NCBI GenBank assembly: GCA_964641125.1
Contig: CAZXMO010000003.1
Coordinates: 29,756 to 93,755 of the forward strand
Origin: an uncultured Spirochaetales bacterium
Lineage (GTDB): Bacteria > Spirochaetota > Spirochaetia > SPDA01 > CAZSGZ01
Length of the DNA: 64,000 nucleotides
Direction: 5' to 3'
Shown here: positions 61,421 through 64,000 of the stretch, piece after piece
Layout: every line of letters begins with the position of its first letter
How positions within the stretch are numbered: position 1 is the first letter of the stretch
Notes under the pieces: model-generated
Told to the model about the DNA's origin: nothing
Databases searched by the model: none
The model's input: only the letters and a program-made list of their open reading frames with translations
Position numbers and translations under genes: made by a program

Positions 61421-63616
61421 ATGACCAACGAAATGGATAAGACACTTGGTCACAATCCAGAGCCCGATCCTAATGGTGTAGATTCGAAGTTTGCAGCCAT
61501 TCCTGAAGACCAGGACCTCGAAAAATATGGAGTGTGGGTAAAATCCGGCCCCGAAGATTATTCCGAGCCCCTCGCATCCGAGGGTGATATAGAACTCCAA
61601 GACTTAGAAGATGAGGAAAACGAACGGGTGCACCTTACCGAGGAGGAGGAAACTCTTCTCGGCGACTTGGAGCAGGATTCGGATTTCGAGGAGGAGTTCG
61701 AGGTTCCCGAAATGGACATTGATTCGGATCTGGAAGAATTGAACATCGACTCAGTTCCTGAAGAGGACGAATCCGAAGGGCCGGATGTCTTCGAAGAGGA
61801 TATTTTCGATTTAGGCGATGAGTTCGCAGGAACGGTCGAAGAACCCGGAGAAGAGATCTCGGAGCCTGAAGAAAGTGAGCTTCCCTCTTTCGAAGAGGAA
61901 GACCTTATCGAGATTCCCCTCGAGGATAAGCCTGAACTTGAAACCGAACCCTTTGATTTCGAAGAAACCGCGCTTCCCGCCACCGAGGAGGACCTCGAGG
62001 ACATTGATCTCTCCGATCTCCAAACGAACGAGCCCGGTGAGGAGCTCCCTGAGCTGGAGATCGAAGATACCGAGACTTTCGAGGAGGATGAACTCGTACT
62101 CGAATCAACCGAGGCGGAGGAAGCGGAACTCCAAGAGCACACCTCCACAAGCCGGGAAGAGCCCAGCCTCCCGGAGGACTCTTCCCGTATTCTCACTAAG
62201 ATCGAGGAAGAGCTCCTCTCTATCAAGAACGAGTTATCCTCTCTCAAATCCGAGCTTTCATCCCTTAGAGTAGCCGAAGCTCCTGAAGTCCAGCACAAGC
62301 CCTCCCTCGAGTCCGAAGCTGAACCGGGATTCTTCATCGAAGATGAGGATGAAACCATCGCACTGACCGGAGACGAGCTCGATAACATCCTCAATACCGC
62401 CGAGATTACCGAAGAAGTAGGTAAAACGACCGCTGCGCCCGATGAGGACGTCACCACCGAAGAGACCCTTACGGGGGACGAGCTCGATAATATTCTGAGT
62501 ACCGCCGATATCACCGAAGCGGAAGCGGAGGAGTTCGAAGAGCTCGATTTGGAATCGTTTCCGGAGCTCTCTGAGCTCGAAGAGGCCGAGAAAACCGAGG
62601 AGGAGGGTTTCGAGCTCGACGAAGAGGATCTTCCCGACCTCTCCGAACCCGAATCGATCACAGAAGGTGAGGATATTATCCCCGAGTTGGGAGATGAAGA
62701 GCTGCCCGAAGAAGTCGAAGAGTCACTCGAGAGCCCCGAAACCGAACCGCGGAGAAAGGGTGAAGGGGCCGTTCACGCCATACCTGAAAACGAGCTCATC
62801 GACGAAATCGAGGTTTCCATTCCGGAGGAGGACGAGGAACCCAAGGCGGTCGAATCTCCCGAGGAGATAGAACTGACCGAGGATGAGCTCGAGGACATTC
62901 AAGTCGAGGATGACGATGATTACGATTTTATCGCCGATCACGAGGAAGCCCTGTCGGAGGAATTCCCCGTAGCAGAAGGCGCTGAAGAAGGGGTCCTCGA
63001 AGATCTCGACGAGTTCGACATCGATCTCGAAACCGGAGAACCGGAGCTCGTCATAGAGGAACCGGAGGAAGCTGAACCCGAAGAAGATTTTACCCTTGAT
63101 ATCGAAGAACCGGAGGAAGATGAAGGGGAAATCGAGTTAGATATAGAAGACTTAGAAGAAGAGCCCCTCGAATCCGCCGAGCTGCCTGAAATAGTAACAG
63201 AAGAGGACGAGGAAACACCTATCGACCTCGACACCGAAGAGGAGCTCGATCTTTCCGAGGTGGAGATGCCCGAAGTCGAGGAACTCGATATAGAAGAGCT
63301 CGGGATCGAGGAACCCGAAGAAGCTGAACCCGAGACGGAGAAACCCGAAATAGAACAACCCGAAGTTACCCTCGAGCCGCCGGAGATCTTGGAGTCGGAA
63401 CTCGAAGACGAATTCGGCGGTGCGGAAGCGGAGTTCGAAACCGAACAGCTCGAAACCGAGATTCCCGAAGACCTCAAAGCTGAGATCAAATCCGTTTTGA
63501 GCTACATGGATCAGCTCCTCGAATCTCTACCCGAAGAGAAAATCCGGGAGTTTGCCGAATCCGAACACTTCGACGTGTACAAGAGACTTTTCGAAGAACT
63601 AGGTCTTAAGAGCTGA
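61421..63616 (+). CDS. Hyper-acidic (Glu/Asp/Pro-rich) low-complexity protein with short conserved N- and C-terminal modules
   Basis: 731 aa. The N-terminus has KYGVWVKSGPED. The long E/D-rich body contains EEPEEAEPE-type repeats. The C-terminus has a helical module IKSVLSYMDQLLESLPEEKIREFAESEHFDVYKRLFEELGL. RBS is CAGGAG. Confidence 0.7.
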   Translation: MTNEMDKTLGHNPEPDPNGVDSKFAAIPEDQDLEKYGVWVKSGPEDYSEPLASEGDIELQDLEDEENERVHLTEEEETLLGDLEQDSDFEEEFEVPEMDIDSDLEELNIDSVPEEDESEGPDVFEEDIFDLGDEFAGTVEEPGEEISEPEESELPSFEEEDLIEIPLEDKPELETEPFDFEETALPATEEDLEDIDLSDLQTNEPGEELPELEIEDTETFEEDELVLESTEAEEAELQEHTSTSREEPSLPEDSSRILTKIEEELLSIKNELSSLKSELSSLRVAEAPEVQHKPSLESEAEPGFFIEDEDETIALTGDELDNILNTAEITEEVGKTTAAPDEDVTTEETLTGDELDNILSTADITEAEAEEFEELDLESFPELSELEEAEKTEEEGFELDEEDLPDLSEPESITEGEDIIPELGDEELPEEVEESLESPETEPRRKGEGAVHAIPENELIDEIEVSIPEEDEEPKAVESPEEIELTEDELEDIQVEDDDDYDFIADHEEALSEEFPVAEGAEEGVLEDLDEFDIDLETGEPELVIEEPEEAEPEEDFTLDIEEPEEDEGEIELDIEDLEEEPLESAELPEIVTEEDEETPIDLDTEEELDLSEVEMPEVEELDIEELGIEEPEEAEPETEKPEIEQPEVTLEPPEILESELEDEFGGAEAEFETEQLETEIPEDLKAEIKSVLSYMDQLLESLPEEKIREFAESEHFDVYKRLFEELGLKS
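62363..62518 (+). repeat. Internal duplicated 17-aa motif LTGDELDNIL(N/S)TA(E/D)ITE (two copies, 62363-62413 and 62468-62518)
   Basis: Read from the translation and DNA. The copies are 35 codons apart and differ at synonymous sites. Confidence 0.8.
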
Positions 63617-63618
63617 CG

Positions 63619-64000
63619 ATGGGATTACTCGACAAGGCATCCGAGTTTTCAGTCCCAAAGCCTCAGGATCCAAAAACCGGCCGGGAATCATCACGCCCTT
63701 CGGGGGGGGCTAAAAAAAAAAGCGATACCTGGCTCGGTCCGACCGATATAGGAATATTCGAAAAGGGTTCCGCTGAAAGCTCCTTCGCGGATTCCGGTGT
63801 CGCCTCCGAGATCGGTGAAGGTGAATTGCACATTCCCGACGTCCACGCTCTTCTCTGGAACTCGGAAAGGATCGAAAACGATCTTCAAGCCCCCGCCGAG
63901 ATCTTCGACCTTCTACTCAGGGAGTTCGAGGCTAAGAAGGCCGCTTTGCTCGTACTCGGTTATGAGGGAAGGCACTTCGTCCCCTACTCCATCAAGGGCT
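63619..64000 (+). CDS. Hypothetical protein, 5' part only (runs off the window)
   Basis: ATG 63619 lies 2 nt after the stop codon (63614-63616) of the acidic-protein gene. The frame is open for 127 codons to the window end (MGLLDKASEF…LLVLGYEGRHFVPYSIKG). It is not in the ORF track because no stop lies within the window. Confidence 0.55.
   Translation, partial: MGLLDKASEFSVPKPQDPKTGRESSRPSGGAKKKSDTWLGPTDIGIFEKGSAESSFADSGVASEIGEGELHIPDVHALLWNSERIENDLQAPAEIFDLLLREFEAKKAALLVLGYEGRHFVPYSIKG
63702..63721 (+). repeat. Adjacent homopolymer tracts G8 (63702-63709) and A10 (63712-63721) inside codons 28-35 of the partial ORF
   Basis: Counted directly: c-gggggggg-ct-aaaaaaaaaa-g. Confidence 0.95.

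Noticed and set aside
61558-62661. 367-aa and 183-aa (62938..63489) Ser-rich ORFs antisense to the acidic-protein gene.
   Set aside because: They are mirror images of GAA/GAG/GAT-rich codons, which read as TTC/CTC/ATC and give Ser/Leu/Ile-rich nonsense in the shifted frame. The sense strand has an RBS, conserved-looking termini and a coupled downstream ORF.
1-64000. Search for mobile elements, prophage or defence genes, rRNA, CRISPR arrays, and additional tRNAs or riboswitches.
   Set aside because: Every ORF of meaningful length is accounted for by metabolic, transport or housekeeping families. Intergenic spacers are too short (mostly under 60 nt) to hold such elements. The few longer gaps (2041-2177, 4591-4701, 41837-42050, 61286-61420) look like ordinary AT-richer promoter regions.

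Overview
GC-rich bacterial chromosomal segment with very tightly packed genes. I saw no rRNA, CRISPR array, transposase or integrase. All calls rest on motif recognition in the supplied translations plus my own reading of the DNA; no database search was run.

The window is dominated by selenium biology and anaerobic nitrogen-compound catabolism:

1. **Selenium operon (4.7-10 kb, + strand).** DUF3343, yedF, selD (in-frame UGA), tRNA-Sec, selA and selB form a complete selenium-delivery and selenocysteine-decoding operon.

2. **Co-directional minus-strand array (9.9-41.8 kb, about 32 kb).** No intergenic gap exceeds about 55 nt. Read 5'->3' on the minus strand it runs:
   - GntR regulator
   - hydantoinase A/B
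   - opine-dehydrogenase-family enzyme
   - non-canonical carbamoyltransferase
   - Grd-type selenoprotein reductase set: selenoprotein B with UGA, a GrdE/GrdI-like subunit lacking the processing Cys, TrxB fused to a Cys-less Trx fold, GrdA with UGA, Trx with GCEEC, and a fused GrdC-GrdD
   - tungsten-type aldehyde:ferredoxin oxidoreductase module
   - three-subunit xanthine-dehydrogenase-family Mo hydroxylase
   - SsnA-like amidohydrolase
   - PreA-like flavoenzyme
   - BMP-family ABC importer
   - Zn-ADH, FGGY kinase, class I aldolase and MFS transporter

3. **Divergent arm (42-45 kb).** Class III aminotransferase, carbamate kinase and XdhC-like Mo-cofactor chaperone.

4. **45-50 kb.** A canonical ornithine carbamoyltransferase, an SDR, a MocA/YgfJ-like nucleotidyltransferase and an ECF-like ABC importer form one operon.

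5. **50-64 kb, mostly housekeeping.** Phosphosugar mutase, HAD phosphatase, a GTDC1/QTMAN-like glycosyltransferase coupled to an NSUN/RsmB-type methyltransferase, a long SHMT, DUF1015, an FtsB-like protein, a 731-aa hyper-acidic protein, and a partial ORF carrying G8/A10 homopolymer tracts.

The ORF track splits or truncates all three selenoprotein genes at their UGA codons, and it omits the two edge-truncated genes.

The most interesting candidate for an undescribed system is the Grd-type reductase. It is translationally coupled to hydantoinase, opine-DH and carbamoyltransferase genes, is controlled by a GntR regulator with paired operators, and sits inside a selenium/purine-catabolism super-array.
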